Shown piece by piece: positions 40,519 to 51,609 of a stretch of 64,000 bases of DNA. A program made the position numbers and the translations under genes. Each line of letters begins with the position of its first letter. The first letter of the stretch is position 1. Below the pieces are notes generated by a model, which was not told where the DNA came from, searched no databases, and saw only the letters and a program-made list of their open reading frames with translations. The DNA comes from a virus: IMG/VR virus record IMGVR_UViG_3300046002_005654, positions 1-64,000 of that record, one strand, 5' to 3'.

Positions 40519-43500
40519 TTAATTATCAGTTTCTACATATATTTTTTTCATACGTATATTTCTAGCTGTTGTTGTTAATGTCGCTAATTGAAAACCAGCT
40601 CTCATTTGTGCTGTTGATAATGGTAATGTTGATGTAGTAGTTCCTTCAGTAGAAGTACTATCTGTTAAATTATCAATTCTCCAATGAATAGTACTTGTAG
40701 CCGTATTATAAAATAAGAAAAAATCATATAATTTATTTACTGCAAAAGCAACTCCTGTACTTACTCTTGTTTCAGTAGTTCCGTTTTTTGTTGTAAGCAT
40801 AAAGTTAGTGTCTGACAAAGCTGTACTATAAGCAATTCCAGCTCTATTTCCAGTTGCGTTTTCAGTAGCCACTACCGTTGCCATTGCTTGGTCAGCTACT
40901 CCTACAAAAAACCTACTACCAGTTGCTCCTGTTCCATAATTTGCATCTGGAAACCATAATCTATACACTGCAAAAAATCCGCCATTAGAAGCAATTCCTG
41001 ATGATGTGTTTAAAGGCGATAAAGCTTGGCTTGTTCCACAAGTTGCATTAGCAGTCGCTGCACTAACAATATTAGTACAAACTCCATAAGAAGTGCTACT
41101 TGGGTTTGGCGTTGAAATAGTACCAACTGACGTAACAGCACCTCCTATAGCGCTTATTGAACTTGTTGTATTTGGACTTACTAAAAATATTGAATTTTGA
41201 TAAATTGCATTTTGTAAAGGAGTATCTAATCCAGATGCTCCTTTGGTTTTTAATGCGAATCTTCCAGCCACATATTTTCCATAATAAGAACCGTATCCAG
41301 AAGCAGGCGTAGGTGGCTCTGTAGTAATACCATGAACATTTATTACTGAATCATCTGTAATTGTTAGTTCAGTAAAACCGTTTTTTGTTATTGTAAGTGG
41401 AGTACCTGTTGCTGTTGTTGAATTATTTATAATTAAAGCTCTACCTGTAGAATTGTTATGCACATAGACTCCAGATGAAGTAGATTGATTACTAACAAGT
41501 AATCCATATCCAATACCTGAATTATTTACTGAAACAATACCAGAGCCTGTAGTAGAAAGGTTACTTGAATATATTCCATTGCCACTAGTAGATTGATTAT
41601 CAGAATATATACCATTTCCAGAAGACGTAGATAAATTATATGAATATATACCATTACCTGCATTACTTGAAGCATTATTTATAGAATACATACCATAGCC
41701 AGTAGAATTATTAGATACTTTTAATACGTTTGCAGATGATGTGCTTCCGTTGTTAACTAAATTTAATCCAACTGTTTGAGTAGAAGTTGAGTTTGTAAAA
41801 GTTTTTAATGATGTTACTGTTTGGTCAGTAGCTAATATCATATCTCCACCACCTGCAATTGTTGCCCAAGTATTATCTCCTCTTAAGTACGTAGTAGCGC
41901 TTGGAGTTCCTGTAGCGGTTAAATTGGAAATATCTACTGATGTTAAATAAGTAGAAGAGTCAACTGTACCGTTAGCTTTCAAGAAACCTGTTGCTAATCC
42001 ACTCGGAACCCTATAACCTGTAGCTATAGAATATCCTGATATTTGAAGTTGGTTAGCTACATCATCAACACTTGTTCCTAACAATAACCTACCATACCAT
42101 CTACCAAAGACAGTTGACGCGTTTCCTATTACAGTTGTATTACTTCCTAGACCAATAGCGTTTAAACCAATGACTATCTGATTAGTTTGATTATCTACTA
42201 AAGACCTAGTTCCGCTACCTATAAATACAGAATTAGAAAGTAACGTATTTAATGTTATTCCATCCGCGATAAATCTTCCACTATCGTAACCTAAAAGCGT
42301 ATTTGAACCTCCTGTAGTTATATTTAATCCTGCATTACCACCTACTATAACGTTTAAATTTCCATCAACTAAAGCTAATCCCGCTCCGTAACCACCAAGA
42401 ATGGTGTTTCCTGTACCTTTAGCATAAAATCCCGCACTTACCCCAACATATAAATTATTATTCCCAATAATATTACCATTCCCTGCGTTACTTCCAATGA
42501 AAGTATTTGTAGTTCCAATAGTATTGTTTGCCCCTGCTCCTGACCCTAAAAGCGTAATGTTACTACCTGTTATATTTCTTACACCCGCGCCTTTACCAAT
42601 AAGAGTATTTGTAGTTATATTCGATGCTCTAAATTCATTAGATATGTTTCCACCACTATTTAAAAGTGTCGTTGTCGCAGAAGAAGTACCAATAGTTTTA
42701 ACTGATACTAAAACAGTACCACTAAACGCGACGTCAGGGGTTACGGTTAAAACAGCAGTAGTAGTGGCTAAAATAGTGTTAGTTCCGGCAAATGAAATTA
42801 ACGAACCTCCACCAAAAGTAGTAGTAAAAGTTCCGCTACCTCCTCCGCTTATAACTATTTGATAATAAGTACCAATTGATGCTGCTAACGTTCCTACTAA
42901 AGCACTTGAGTTTCCGGCTGTGTGTGCGTATCCCAATACAAAACTTGTGCCTGACCATCCCGCTCCTGAGCCTGTTGCTGATATTTCAGCGCCTAATGGA
43001 GCAGTATCACTAGCTGTTGTACCTTTAAAAGATTTTGTTCCTGTAATAGTTTCAGTACCTGTTATATGTACAGTATTTGTGTCATTTGAAGGAGTATACC
43101 CTAATGCAGTAGCAACTGTTTTAGGTTTCCATAATAATGTTGCTGTATCATAAGCTAAAACCTCGTTATTATTTGGAGCAATAGCTGACACATTATGTAA
43201 TTCTTCTAACTCATATCCATTTTGAACTTTTACAAATATTGTTCCGTTAACACCGTGAGCATATAAAACATACCCAATTGTAACAAGGTGTAATGGTGCA
43301 ATAGGTTTTATATTAGTTATTTGTCCAGCAACTGTTCCGCTTAGATATAAAACATCACCGTCAGCCCAAGTTTCACCTTGTAAACTACCAGTAGTATTAA
43401 TTCCTCTTACTGTTCCACTTGTATTAATATAACCTTCTTGGTTTATTAATATTGTTTCTGTTACAATACCTATAGTTGTTCCACTAGTTATTTCGCTATC

Positions 43501-43797
43501 AGCTTTTGCTAAATCAACTTTAGGTCTTTGTCCTTGTGCTCCAGTGATTATGACAGCTTGATAATTAGCTTCAGATAATGTTATGTTTGTTGCTGTTTTA
43601 TTAACTATTCTAAGTACAGTTTCTTGTCCAATTTGTAAAGTTACGTTTCCGCCTTTAAGACCTAAATCTAATGTACCGTCAGTATCATTCCATTTTAATT
43701 TGCCAACTGCACTTGTTTGGGTTATAGCTGTATTAAATTGTTTGTAATTAGCTGTTACTCCCCCAGTAACAGCTAAATCATCTAGTATTTTAGACAT
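40519..43797 (-). CDS. Tail fibre / receptor-binding protein
   Basis: 1092 aa, T/G/S-rich; ELEELHNV, NTxIGxxAG beta-repeats, GNGIYS repeats, C-terminal lectin-like beta domain. Confidence 0.8.
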   Translation of the reverse strand: MSKILDDLAVTGGVTANYKQFNTAITQTSAVGKLKWNDTDGTLDLGLKGGNVTLQIGQETVLRIVNKTATNITLSEANYQAVIITGAQGQRPKVDLAKADSEITSGTTIGIVTETILINQEGYINTSGTVRGINTTGSLQGETWADGDVLYLSGTVAGQITNIKPIAPLHLVTIGYVLYAHGVNGTIFVKVQNGYELEELHNVSAIAPNNNEVLAYDTATLLWKPKTVATALGYTPSNDTNTVHITGTETITGTKSFKGTTASDTAPLGAEISATGSGAGWSGTSFVLGYAHTAGNSSALVGTLAASIGTYYQIVISGGGSGTFTTTFGGGSLISFAGTNTILATTTAVLTVTPDVAFSGTVLVSVKTIGTSSATTTLLNSGGNISNEFRASNITTNTLIGKGAGVRNITGSNITLLGSGAGANNTIGTTNTFIGSNAGNGNIIGNNNLYVGVSAGFYAKGTGNTILGGYGAGLALVDGNLNVIVGGNAGLNITTGGSNTLLGYDSGRFIADGITLNTLLSNSVFIGSGTRSLVDNQTNQIVIGLNAIGLGSNTTVIGNASTVFGRWYGRLLLGTSVDDVANQLQISGYSIATGYRVPSGLATGFLKANGTVDSSTYLTSVDISNLTATGTPSATTYLRGDNTWATIAGGGDMILATDQTVTSLKTFTNSTSTQTVGLNLVNNGSTSSANVLKVSNNSTGYGMYSINNASSNAGNGIYSYNLSTSSGNGIYSDNQSTSGNGIYSSNLSTTGSGIVSVNNSGIGYGLLVSNQSTSSGVYVHNNSTGRALIINNSTTATGTPLTITKNGFTELTITDDSVINVHGITTEPPTPASGYGSYYGKYVAGRFALKTKGASGLDTPLQNAIYQNSIFLVSPNTTSSISAIGGAVTSVGTISTPNPSSTSYGVCTNIVSAATANATCGTSQALSPLNTSSGIASNGGFFAVYRLWFPDANYGTGATGSRFFVGVADQAMATVVATENATGNRAGIAYSTALSDTNFMLTTKNGTTETRVSTGVAFAVNKLYDFFLFYNTATSTIHWRIDNLTDSTSTEGTTTSTLPLSTAQMRAGFQLATLTTTARNIRMKKIYVETDN

Positions 43798-43803
43798 AAA
43801 TTA

Positions 43804-45972
43804 TTATTTTTTAATTACCACTGTGTATAATCCTGAAGTAGGAGCTACATTGAATGTAAGCGTAACTACTGTAGAACTTGTTACCACGACTTTTGTATTA
43901 ACTATTTCTTTTGTTGCTGTGTCAAATATTGTAACTGTTGGATATAATGATCCTCCAACTAATCCATGTGTTAATGGAATATCTGTTAAAACTCCATTTC
44001 CAAAAGCAGAATTTACATAAACCCAATTAGCTCCAGTAAGTTCTGTTCTTAATTTTAAAGGAGTAACTGCAAATCCATCATTAGTACCTGTAGTAACTTC
44101 TGCTTGTGTTGCTATTTCTACAGTACCAGTAACTGTCTCTGTAGCTACTGTAATATTTTTATTAACTGAAGTCCAGTTTGCGTCTGCTATTGGATTTGTA
44201 ATTTCAGCTATAATCATATCGCCAATTTCCAATGTAGTTCCAAAGAATCCAGCTCCATTTCCAGCCACAGTAACTGTATATGTATATCCTTTTAATATAC
44301 CAGCGCCAGTAGGTGGTGCTACAGAGGCGTCATAAGCACCCATATAAGTTAATGCTCCAGTTAATGCAGATGTAATATCTGAAGTTAAAGCAATAGTACC
44401 AGTTGCGGCTGGAAATGTAATTGTATTAGCTCCAGCTGTTGATGGAGCATTTAATGTTATAGTTCCTGAAGCTGAGCCATTAAATTTAATAGCTCCAGTA
44501 TCAAAAGATTTAACACCAGCTACTGGTATAGTTGCCGCTATTCCAACTGCTAATAACGTACTTGTTGCAGAAGGAAATGTATAAGTTTGAGCCGCAGTAC
44601 CTGTAAAAGTAGATGACCCAGAAGTAAAAGTATGCCCATTAACTGTTGTTGGAGTAATAGCTCCAAGCGTAATGGTTAAGCTAGGCGTAGTGCCTCCTGA
44701 TGAAGTTCCTGACACTCCATTAGCTGTAGTAACACCTATTGCAGTTACAGTTCCTGTTCCATATACAGTTGTATCTAAAGAAAATGTTCCAGCGGCAGTC
44801 ATTTTTACAAACGGAGTGCCTGAAACATAAGTAGGATAAGCTAATGCTCCCCAAGTTCCTATATTAGAAGTAAGAGCAAGTGTACCAGTTGTTGCTGGTA
44901 GTGTTAAAATCGTAGCTGTTCCAGCAACTGCGCTTGGTTGAATAGTAGCATCTCCTGAAGTATTTCCAAAGAATTTAATCTTACCAATAGTTGTTGTATT
45001 AACTCCTAAATTTATAACAGAAGCTCCGTCAGTTGTTATTCCAGCAACTACTTTAGTATCTGTAGTTCCAGCGCCTAATACCAATGAATTTGCTGTTAAA
45101 GCACCTCCAGTAGCAGTTACTGTTCCACCTCCAGATGTTGCTATAGTAACAATAGCATCAAGTCCAGTTCCAGTTGTTGTTAAGCTTATGTTTGAACCTT
45201 CTACTAATTTAAGACTTCCTCCAGAAGCTGATAATGTAGTTGTATGAGAAGTTGCGTCTGAAGTTCCAGCTAGAGTTTGATTACCAGTATTTGTTCCTGA
45301 GTTTGTTCCTGTAATATCAGATGTTAAAGCCAAAGTTCCAGTAGCAGTTGGTAATGTAACTGTATAATTTGTAGCTGATGCATTAGCTGAGGCTATTGCT
45401 GTTGTTCCAGTACTTGATCCTTTAACAGCTAATTTAATAGTATCAAAAGTTTTTAATCCAGTAACTGATTGAATTCCAGCAAGAACCATATCTCCAGATC
45501 CAGCAGGAGTAGCCCAAGAACCATCTCCTCTTAAAAATGTAGTTGTGCTTCCTCCGCTAGATCCAGGAACAAGTCCTTTTAATGTAGATGTAAATACATC
45601 TAACTCAGCTGTTAATTGAGTTGCTGTTAAATCTAAAGGATCAGCTAAAGAAGCTGTGTTGTTTCCTTTAAATGTATGTGCGGCCATTTTTGCTAATTTA
45701 GCATTAGTTACCGCATTAGCTGTAATAGTTTGAGTTCCATCACCAAGAGATGTTACTTCTCCTGTATGGTTAGGGTGTGCGTATGTAAGCGACGACCAAG
45801 TTGCTCCATTCCAAGAATATGCTTTTAAATCAGTTGTGTTCCAATAAGTAAATCCTAAATTTATACCAGCCCATGTAGTTGTTACTGGATGAGATGCTAA
45901 ATTTTGTAACTTCATATTCAACATTTGATTTTTACTTAAATCAATGTCTACTAAAAAAGGAATATTTGCCAT
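43804..45972 (-). CDS. Tail fibre protein
   Basis: 722 aa, T/G/A-rich; [19 protein letters not shown], four TxPxxTGTxALTS-type repeats. Confidence 0.8.
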   Translation of the reverse strand: MANIPFLVDIDLSKNQMLNMKLQNLASHPVTTTWAGINLGFTYWNTTDLKAYSWNGATWSSLTYAHPNHTGEVTSLGDGTQTITANAVTNAKLAKMAAHTFKGNNTASLADPLDLTATQLTAELDVFTSTLKGLVPGSSGGSTTTFLRGDGSWATPAGSGDMVLAGIQSVTGLKTFDTIKLAVKGSSTGTTAIASANASATNYTVTLPTATGTLALTSDITGTNSGTNTGNQTLAGTSDATSHTTTLSASGGSLKLVEGSNISLTTTGTGLDAIVTIATSGGGTVTATGGALTANSLVLGAGTTDTKVVAGITTDGASVINLGVNTTTIGKIKFFGNTSGDATIQPSAVAGTATILTLPATTGTLALTSNIGTWGALAYPTYVSGTPFVKMTAAGTFSLDTTVYGTGTVTAIGVTTANGVSGTSSGGTTPSLTITLGAITPTTVNGHTFTSGSSTFTGTAAQTYTFPSATSTLLAVGIAATIPVAGVKSFDTGAIKFNGSASGTITLNAPSTAGANTITFPAATGTIALTSDITSALTGALTYMGAYDASVAPPTGAGILKGYTYTVTVAGNGAGFFGTTLEIGDMIIAEITNPIADANWTSVNKNITVATETVTGTVEIATQAEVTTGTNDGFAVTPLKLRTELTGANWVYVNSAFGNGVLTDIPLTHGLVGGSLYPTVTIFDTATKEIVNTKVVVTSSTVVTLTFNVAPTSGLYTVVIKK

Positions 45973-45978
45973 AATTTT

Positions 45979-46296
45979 TTAATTTAATGTTGCTTTGCCA
46001 GAAAATGCGGCGCTAAATGTTAATGTTATATTATTTATATTTTGATAGTTAATTTCACCTATAACAACAGTGCCAGCACTATCCATCACCATTACTGATG
46101 GAAATTTATTCAACATGTGAGAAATTGTCCATACTGTTGAAGGTATGTTCTGAGTATATACAAAATTTTTATCAACATTTAAAATATCTAAAGCCGTTAT
46201 AAATGGATTTATACCATCAGCGCCATCATTAATAAGTTGCGATGTATTTGATACGGATGATGAACTTGATGGTATTGATGTTATTATTTTTGCCAT
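45979..46296 (-). CDS. Small tail-fibre-associated protein
   Basis: WTISHMLNKFPSVMVMD..ITLTFS domain resembles the C-terminus of the 722-aa fibre. Confidence 0.6.
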   Translation of the reverse strand: MAKIITSIPSSSSSVSNTSQLINDGADGINPFITALDILNVDKNFVYTQNIPSTVWTISHMLNKFPSVMVMDSAGTVVIGEINYQNINNITLTFSAAFSGKATLN

Positions 46297-46682
46297 TATA
46301 CTGTTTCTATTAAATATTCTACTGATACCTTACTTCCTGCCTTAACAGTAAATGTAATAGGCGTTTGATTAAGCGTTGTTACTTCTATATTCTGAGTTGT
46401 TCCAGCTGGGAATGTAAAAGTGTTATATAATATACTTCCACTTAAAACTATTATAGTTATTGAATGAAATGTATTAATTGGATATAACACAACTTCGTCT
46501 GTTATTGGTTCAAATGAATCCGTAATTAACGTATTATAATTTGGACCGCCATTAGCACAAGTGTTTACCGCTGAAACTAAATTAACTAATTTCCTTAAGT
46601 CTGAATTTAATATTTTCTTACAGTCTTGAAAAGATATTAGTAGTTCGTTTATTGTTTGATTTATTTCATTGCACTCTATCAT
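46296..46682 (-). CDS. Hypothetical structural protein
   Basis: 128 aa in the tail cluster, translationally coupled. Confidence 0.6.
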   Translation of the reverse strand: MIECNEINQTINELLISFQDCKKILNSDLRKLVNLVSAVNTCANGGPNYNTLITDSFEPITDEVVLYPINTFHSITIIVLSGSILYNTFTFPAGTTQNIEVTTLNQTPITFTVKAGSKVSVEYLIETV

Positions 46683-46697
46683 AATTATATTTTATTT

Positions 46698-47252
46698 TTA
46701 AACACATGTGTTTATTTCTGCTATTTTTCCGTCATTATCTATTCTAAATGAATTTCCATCTATTCCTTCTTTATACCATAAATTTCCAGAACCAACAGGA
46801 GTTGATAAACTAGGAGATAGATACATTTGAACTCCAATATCAAGTACACTTACTGATGTATATAAAGTTAAATCAAAAGAAGTCATTGGACATGTTAATG
46901 AAAACGACTCTCTTCCTGGATTTGTAAAGAACCAAGAATATGAAACTGCACAATTTTGTATTTCAGCAATTTGTCCTGATGAATTAATTCTATATGAAAA
47001 TCCATCATATTCATATTTATACCATAAATTACCATAAGATACTATATTTGTTAATAATGTATCAGTATATAGTTGAGTACCTACGGTTAGCGGACTTGTG
47101 CTTGAATAAAAAGTTATATCATAAAGAGTTGCTAAACAAGAAGTTGTGTAGACAGAAGCTCCTGGACTTGAAAAGTTATATGAATAATAAGATGGAGGAG
47201 CAATTACTATTCCATCTGATTGTCTATATATATTTTTTTTAAATTCATTCAT
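46698..47252 (-). CDS. Tail-associated protein made of two tandem domains of about 80 aa
   Basis: Duplicated C..Y..VG..Y..GNLWYK..DGxSxRI..GxIAEIxxC unit. Confidence 0.65.
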   Translation of the reverse strand: MNEFKKNIYRQSDGIVIAPPSYYSYNFSSPGASVYTTSCLATLYDITFYSSTSPLTVGTQLYTDTLLTNIVSYGNLWYKYEYDGFSYRINSSGQIAEIQNCAVSYSWFFTNPGRESFSLTCPMTSFDLTLYTSVSVLDIGVQMYLSPSLSTPVGSGNLWYKEGIDGNSFRIDNDGKIAEINTCV

Positions 47253-48502
47253 TATACTTTTGTATTACCTAGTAAATAAAATGTATTAGTAGTTCCTTCT
47301 TGATCTATTGAAGTATTATAATATTGTCCTTTAGATTTTAATCCGGTAGGATTATATATAGTTGTTCCAGAAGCCACAAATGTAACATCAGCAGTTCCCT
47401 TTTGAATAAATCCAACAAATATATTTACCAATAATCCAGTAGGTATTGTTATATTTATTGGAGTAGTTCCATTATTAATTATTATAGTATAGTTATTGTC
47501 AGCACTTGTTAACACATAAGATGCTGTTATAATTTTTTGTAAATTTGTTGGAATTTTAGATTCCAAATATTCTCTAGTCACAACAGCCTTACCTGTTGAT
47601 TCAGATGTTATTAAAGCATTTGTTACAGAAGGTAAAGTTGCTACTCCATTCATTCTTACAATAAGCGCATCGCTTCTTGAAAATACTGGATATGTGTCAT
47701 CATTATCTGTTATAACCCCATTACCAACTACAAATATTGCTTTTGTTGATTCGTTATTTGTTAATAATGAGCCTACTATTGTATTAGCCGCTTGCCCAAC
47801 TACAGTTACTATTTGACCTGTAACATTATGGCCAACACCTAGTAGGCTAACTATTTGACCAGCTGACGTTAAATTTACACCAGTTGCAAATCCATATTCG
47901 CTAGAATTATTAATTAAACTTCCTATAGTTCCGCTAGCAAATCCAGATGTTATTACGTCATCTCCTATAGATATTGAATTAGTTCCTGTAGTTCCTCTTA
48001 TAGTTGATATGCCTGTAGATGTACTAAAATCAACAGAGTCTAATCCTATTGGTCCAAAATTTAATGGATTTCTTCCTCTTATTATAAAACCTACTCCGCT
48101 TCCTTCGTCAATAGCTTGAAAAGGAGGTAATATAATTGTAGGCTTATTTAATATTTCAGAAACTCCTGAAGTAGCATTCCAATCAGATTTAACCTGACTA
48201 GTTACAGTTGTTGGAAAAAAGTTATAAACCTTGTTTGAATATGTTATTCCAAAAGCAACTATTCCATTTGGATATGTGTAGTTTGTAGTTCTTAATCCAA
48301 TCTCGCCTCCAACTACCTCTCTCCATTCGTATCTAGTACCTTCTTGTATACAATAAAACGTACATCCTTGAACATACGTAAACGCTAGATTGTCACTTAA
48401 TCCAAGATCCTTTAATGCAGCTTCGTTCTGAATATATGTCTTAACGTCTAAAGGAATTTGTGTTGTTATTTTTAACCCTAAAGGTATATTTGAATAATCC
48501 AT
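47252..48502 (-). CDS. Tail fibre/spike protein
   Basis: 416 aa; QVKSDWNATSGVSEILNKPT fibre motif, beta-repeat middle, C-terminal FIQKGTADVTF domain. Confidence 0.7.
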   Translation of the reverse strand: MDYSNIPLGLKITTQIPLDVKTYIQNEAALKDLGLSDNLAFTYVQGCTFYCIQEGTRYEWREVVGGEIGLRTTNYTYPNGIVAFGITYSNKVYNFFPTTVTSQVKSDWNATSGVSEILNKPTIILPPFQAIDEGSGVGFIIRGRNPLNFGPIGLDSVDFSTSTGISTIRGTTGTNSISIGDDVITSGFASGTIGSLINNSSEYGFATGVNLTSAGQIVSLLGVGHNVTGQIVTVVGQAANTIVGSLLTNNESTKAIFVVGNGVITDNDDTYPVFSRSDALIVRMNGVATLPSVTNALITSESTGKAVVTREYLESKIPTNLQKIITASYVLTSADNNYTIIINNGTTPINITIPTGLLVNIFVGFIQKGTADVTFVASGTTIYNPTGLKSKGQYYNTSIDQEGTTNTFYLLGNTKV

Positions 48503-49155
48503 TACGTAAGTTTTTGTATTATGAATTTAATATCTCCATACGAATAAACATTAGTAGATACAAATAAAGTTGTGTTTATACTATCTATAAAAGTTTTTGT
48601 AAACCCAGAAGTAACATCAATATTTAAAGCATTTAATATTTTAAATGTTGATGTTGTTTTTGTATCTGTTATTGCAAAACATATTCTACCTATTGTTGTA
48701 TATGGTATTGTTTTTCCAGAAGCAAATACAGTTAATGTATCACTTTGTTTTGATTGTAAAAATCCTTTGTCATCTACTTTTAAAACAACATCAGCATTTG
48801 TTACATAATAATCAGCCTCTTGCCAATAAAATATTTCTTGAAATGATTGGTATGTATTACAATCTAAAAATTCAGCTTGAATAAATACTGGTTTTGGGCT
48901 TCTTTTATCTTGAGGCAAAACCATTGGCATACATGTATTTTTAGATGTAGTAAGTATTCTATTATAAAGATTTGTTAATGTTCTTCTATTAGGTTGTGAT
49001 AAAGACGTATAACACGCTCCTAACAGCTTATATATAGCTTCTAGTATATATGGATCACTTGAGTTTAGTTTGCCTGTTAAACGAGCTTTTCTATATGTTT
49101 TTTCAAGAGAGCCTATTATAACTGAAACATGTCCTTTTTCATTTATTTCTGCCAT
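48502..49155 (-). CDS. Tail hub protein (B-like)
   Basis: 217 aa; synteny after the Cys-rich hub gene. Confidence 0.5.
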   Translation of the reverse strand: MAEINEKGHVSVIIGSLEKTYRKARLTGKLNSSDPYILEAIYKLLGACYTSLSQPNRRTLTNLYNRILTTSKNTCMPMVLPQDKRSPKPVFIQAEFLDCNTYQSFQEIFYWQEADYYVTNADVVLKVDDKGFLQSKQSDTLTVFASGKTIPYTTIGRICFAITDTKTTSTFKILNALNIDVTSGFTKTFIDSINTTLFVSTNVYSYGDIKFIIQKLT

Positions 49156-49160
49156 TTGTA

Positions 49161-49739
49161 TTAAGCTTGTATATATCCACTACAAGTAGTGCAATCTATA
49201 GGTATGCAATCAGTACATGGAGTAAGAGTACAAAGTTTTTGCAACTTAGTTACCATTTGAGATGCTTGAGTATAGTATCCTATTTGTAGTGCTTTAATAA
49301 CACTATCAATTAACATATTAATAGTTATTACCATTTGATTAGATTTATTTTTATCGCAATCCACACAATTAGTTATCTCTAATTCTAAAAGAAAACTAAG
49401 TAAGCAGTAGTAGTATGGTGTTAGATTATATGTAACCCCAGTTACTGGAGATTGACAATCTTGACATCCAGGAGTATCAATATATGTGCTTTCTACTTCC
49501 ATATAAACAATATCTTTAAATATTGTTAATCCAACATCAGTAGCGTTTATAATCAAAACTTCTCTTTCATTAACTTTTAATAAGTTAGATGTTAAATCTA
49601 TAGCTAAAGAATAATCTTTATAGTCTAACATAGTCCATACCAAAAGCGTAGAAATATTATAAGTTAAGTTTGTTTGAACATCAATAGCTAGTTGCGTACC
49701 ATTAGTTATTATTTCAAAATTATTGATGGTTATAGCCAT
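49161..49739 (-). CDS. Tail hub protein (A-like), Cys-rich
   Basis: CQDC, CVDC and C-terminal CTDC/CTTC; follows the auxiliary capsid gene as in crAss-like phages. Confidence 0.55.
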   Translation of the reverse strand: MAITINNFEIITNGTQLAIDVQTNLTYNISTLLVWTMLDYKDYSLAIDLTSNLLKVNEREVLIINATDVGLTIFKDIVYMEVESTYIDTPGCQDCQSPVTGVTYNLTPYYYCLLSFLLELEITNCVDCDKNKSNQMVITINMLIDSVIKALQIGYYTQASQMVTKLQKLCTLTPCTDCIPIDCTTCSGYIQA

Positions 49740-49782
49740 ATCATTATATTTAAATTATTATTTAAGTATTTCATGTTTATGC

Positions 49783-49820
49783 AAAAAAAAAGGAAAGAAG
49801 ATTTGTTCTTCTTCCCTTTT
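49783..49820 (-). terminator. Intrinsic terminator after the auxiliary capsid gene
   Basis: AAAAGGGAAGAAG...CTTCTTTCC followed by a T9 tract on the minus strand. Confidence 0.7.
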
Positions 49821-49841
49821 TAGGTATTATTTAATTAATTA

Positions 49842-50849
49842 CTATACTACAGCTAAGTCAGCTGGAACGGCTACTCTAGAACCTACAGATGTACGTAGAT
49901 TTGCAAGAACTGTATTTGTAGCAGCATTGTTTGCTGGCAAATTAGTTACTTTGTCTACAAGTATTGTAAGTACTTTATATTGACGTTCAACAGATGTTTC
50001 TTTTCTTGTTGAATAATGTTTAATTTGAATTGTATTATAGAATCCTGTTGGAGATGCGTAGTATGGAGTTCCAAAGTCAGCAGGATAACCTGTTTGACGA
50101 TAAACTTCATACTTCATACCTTTAACAAACCATTCAAAGTTAACTGCAAATTTTCCAGTTCCTGAACCAGGAGAGGCTTGATTAGTTACTACAGGAACAA
50201 CAAGACCACTATTAGTAGCTGGTTGAGTAGTGTCATATGCATTTAAGAATGATTTACCAAGAACATCAAATTCAATTTGTTTTCCGATAAGTTTACCAGC
50301 AGAGAATTTTTGTACTTTACTAGTAATAGTAAATGTAGCAGCTCCAGTAGAAACAACAGCTAATTCAAAGTTACCTCTTTTAATAAGATTTTTTTGAAGA
50401 GACAAAAGTAATCCGTCTTTAATAGCAGTAGTTGTTTCAGCAGAAACACCAGTTACATAGAACCCTTGAACTATTGCAAAATTTTCAGGAGATAAAGATC
50501 CACCATCATTGTAAATTCTACATTCAATTTCATATGTAGTAGCAGCAGTAGCTGTACCAACTGTAACAGTAACTAATTTTTGAACTTCAGCAGCGTATTC
50601 TTTAAGTGTAATTTTTTCAATTAAAGAAGGATCAACAACATCTGAAAACTCATAATCTAATCCTTTAGAAGCATCTCCACTAGTTTTTTGTAAATAGCTA
50701 AATGGAAGTCCATCAGCAATAATAACTCCTTGACTAGATACTGCTTTGATTTCTTTATCAGAGGCTGAAGCAATAAATGTTTTTGTAGTAGTTTCTGTGG
50801 CGACAGCATTTCCTATAATTAATTCACCAACTTGATTTGGTCCGTACAT
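49842..50849 (-). CDS. Auxiliary capsid protein
   Basis: 335 aa; NQVGELI N-terminus, EWFVKGMK..YRQTGYP; synteny; followed by a terminator. Confidence 0.7.
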   Translation of the reverse strand: MYGPNQVGELIIGNAVATETTTKTFIASASDKEIKAVSSQGVIIADGLPFSYLQKTSGDASKGLDYEFSDVVDPSLIEKITLKEYAAEVQKLVTVTVGTATAATTYEIECRIYNDGGSLSPENFAIVQGFYVTGVSAETTTAIKDGLLLSLQKNLIKRGNFELAVVSTGAATFTITSKVQKFSAGKLIGKQIEFDVLGKSFLNAYDTTQPATNSGLVVPVVTNQASPGSGTGKFAVNFEWFVKGMKYEVYRQTGYPADFGTPYYASPTGFYNTIQIKHYSTRKETSVERQYKVLTILVDKVTNLPANNAATNTVLANLRTSVGSRVAVPADLAVV

Positions 50850-50869
50850 ATTTTATGTTTTATTTATTA

Positions 50870-51607
50870 TTATTCATTTCTTTGATCTATCTGAACTTTA
50901 CTTTCTAGTCCAGATGGTTTGTAATCTCTTAATGCTAATTCAACAGCTCTATCAATTATTTCTCTTTGAAATTCATCAGATAATATGCAAGTTTGCATAG
51001 CGGTAACTCCATCAATACTTAATCCTTCACCAGGAAAAGTAGTTGCTAGATTGGATAATACTATTGGAGGAGGAAACATTATATATCTTAAATGATACTC
51101 AGATATAGTATATGGGCTTATGAGCTCAACAACTTTATCATTTCCTATTTTTGACATATCCATTCTCCACACAGCAGAACTATCTGGTTTTTTAAAAGGA
51201 TTACTTATTTGTATTGTAAACTCGTCATGCGTCTTTACTATTACATTTAAGGTGTTACCATTGTAACAATCTGTAGTAGATATTTTAGCATCTTCATATA
51301 CAATAAGAAAAACGTCATTTGGTATTTTGAAAAATTTTGAATCAGAATGTAGATGCGACGTTGAAGTTACAATTTGTGTAGACTTATAATCTTTAATAAG
51401 TTCCTTTAAATCAACTCTTCTTTTTTCTGAATTCTCAAATCCTTCTCTATACTTATTGCCGTTTGGATTATAATTATTTTTAACTAATTCTAATTGTGCT
51501 TTTGTAAGATAAACAGATAATTCATAATCATCAATGTTCGGAGCAGACATAGTCGCAATTGCATTATAATGAATTTGAAATTCGTTTTTTATCTCGGTTG
51601 TAGTCAT
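50870..51607 (-). CDS. Tail ring protein
   Basis: YELSVYLTKAQ, FENSEKRRVDL, EIIDRAVELA. Confidence 0.75.
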   Translation of the reverse strand: MTTTEIKNEFQIHYNAIATMSAPNIDDYELSVYLTKAQLELVKNNYNPNGNKYREGFENSEKRRVDLKELIKDYKSTQIVTSTSHLHSDSKFFKIPNDVFLIVYEDAKISTTDCYNGNTLNVIVKTHDEFTIQISNPFKKPDSSAVWRMDMSKIGNDKVVELISPYTISEYHLRYIMFPPPIVLSNLATTFPGEGLSIDGVTAMQTCILSDEFQREIIDRAVELALRDYKPSGLESKVQIDQRNE

Positions 51608-51609
51608 AA

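Noticed and set aside
41420-41700. Repeats of 36-42 bp as a CRISPR array
   Set aside because: They are degenerate in-frame coding repeats of a tail fibre with no repeat-spacer structure.
46698-47252. Possible diversity-generating retroelement TR/VR pair
   Set aside because: The two repeats differ at all base types rather than only adenines, both are in-frame coding, and no reverse transcriptase is in the window.
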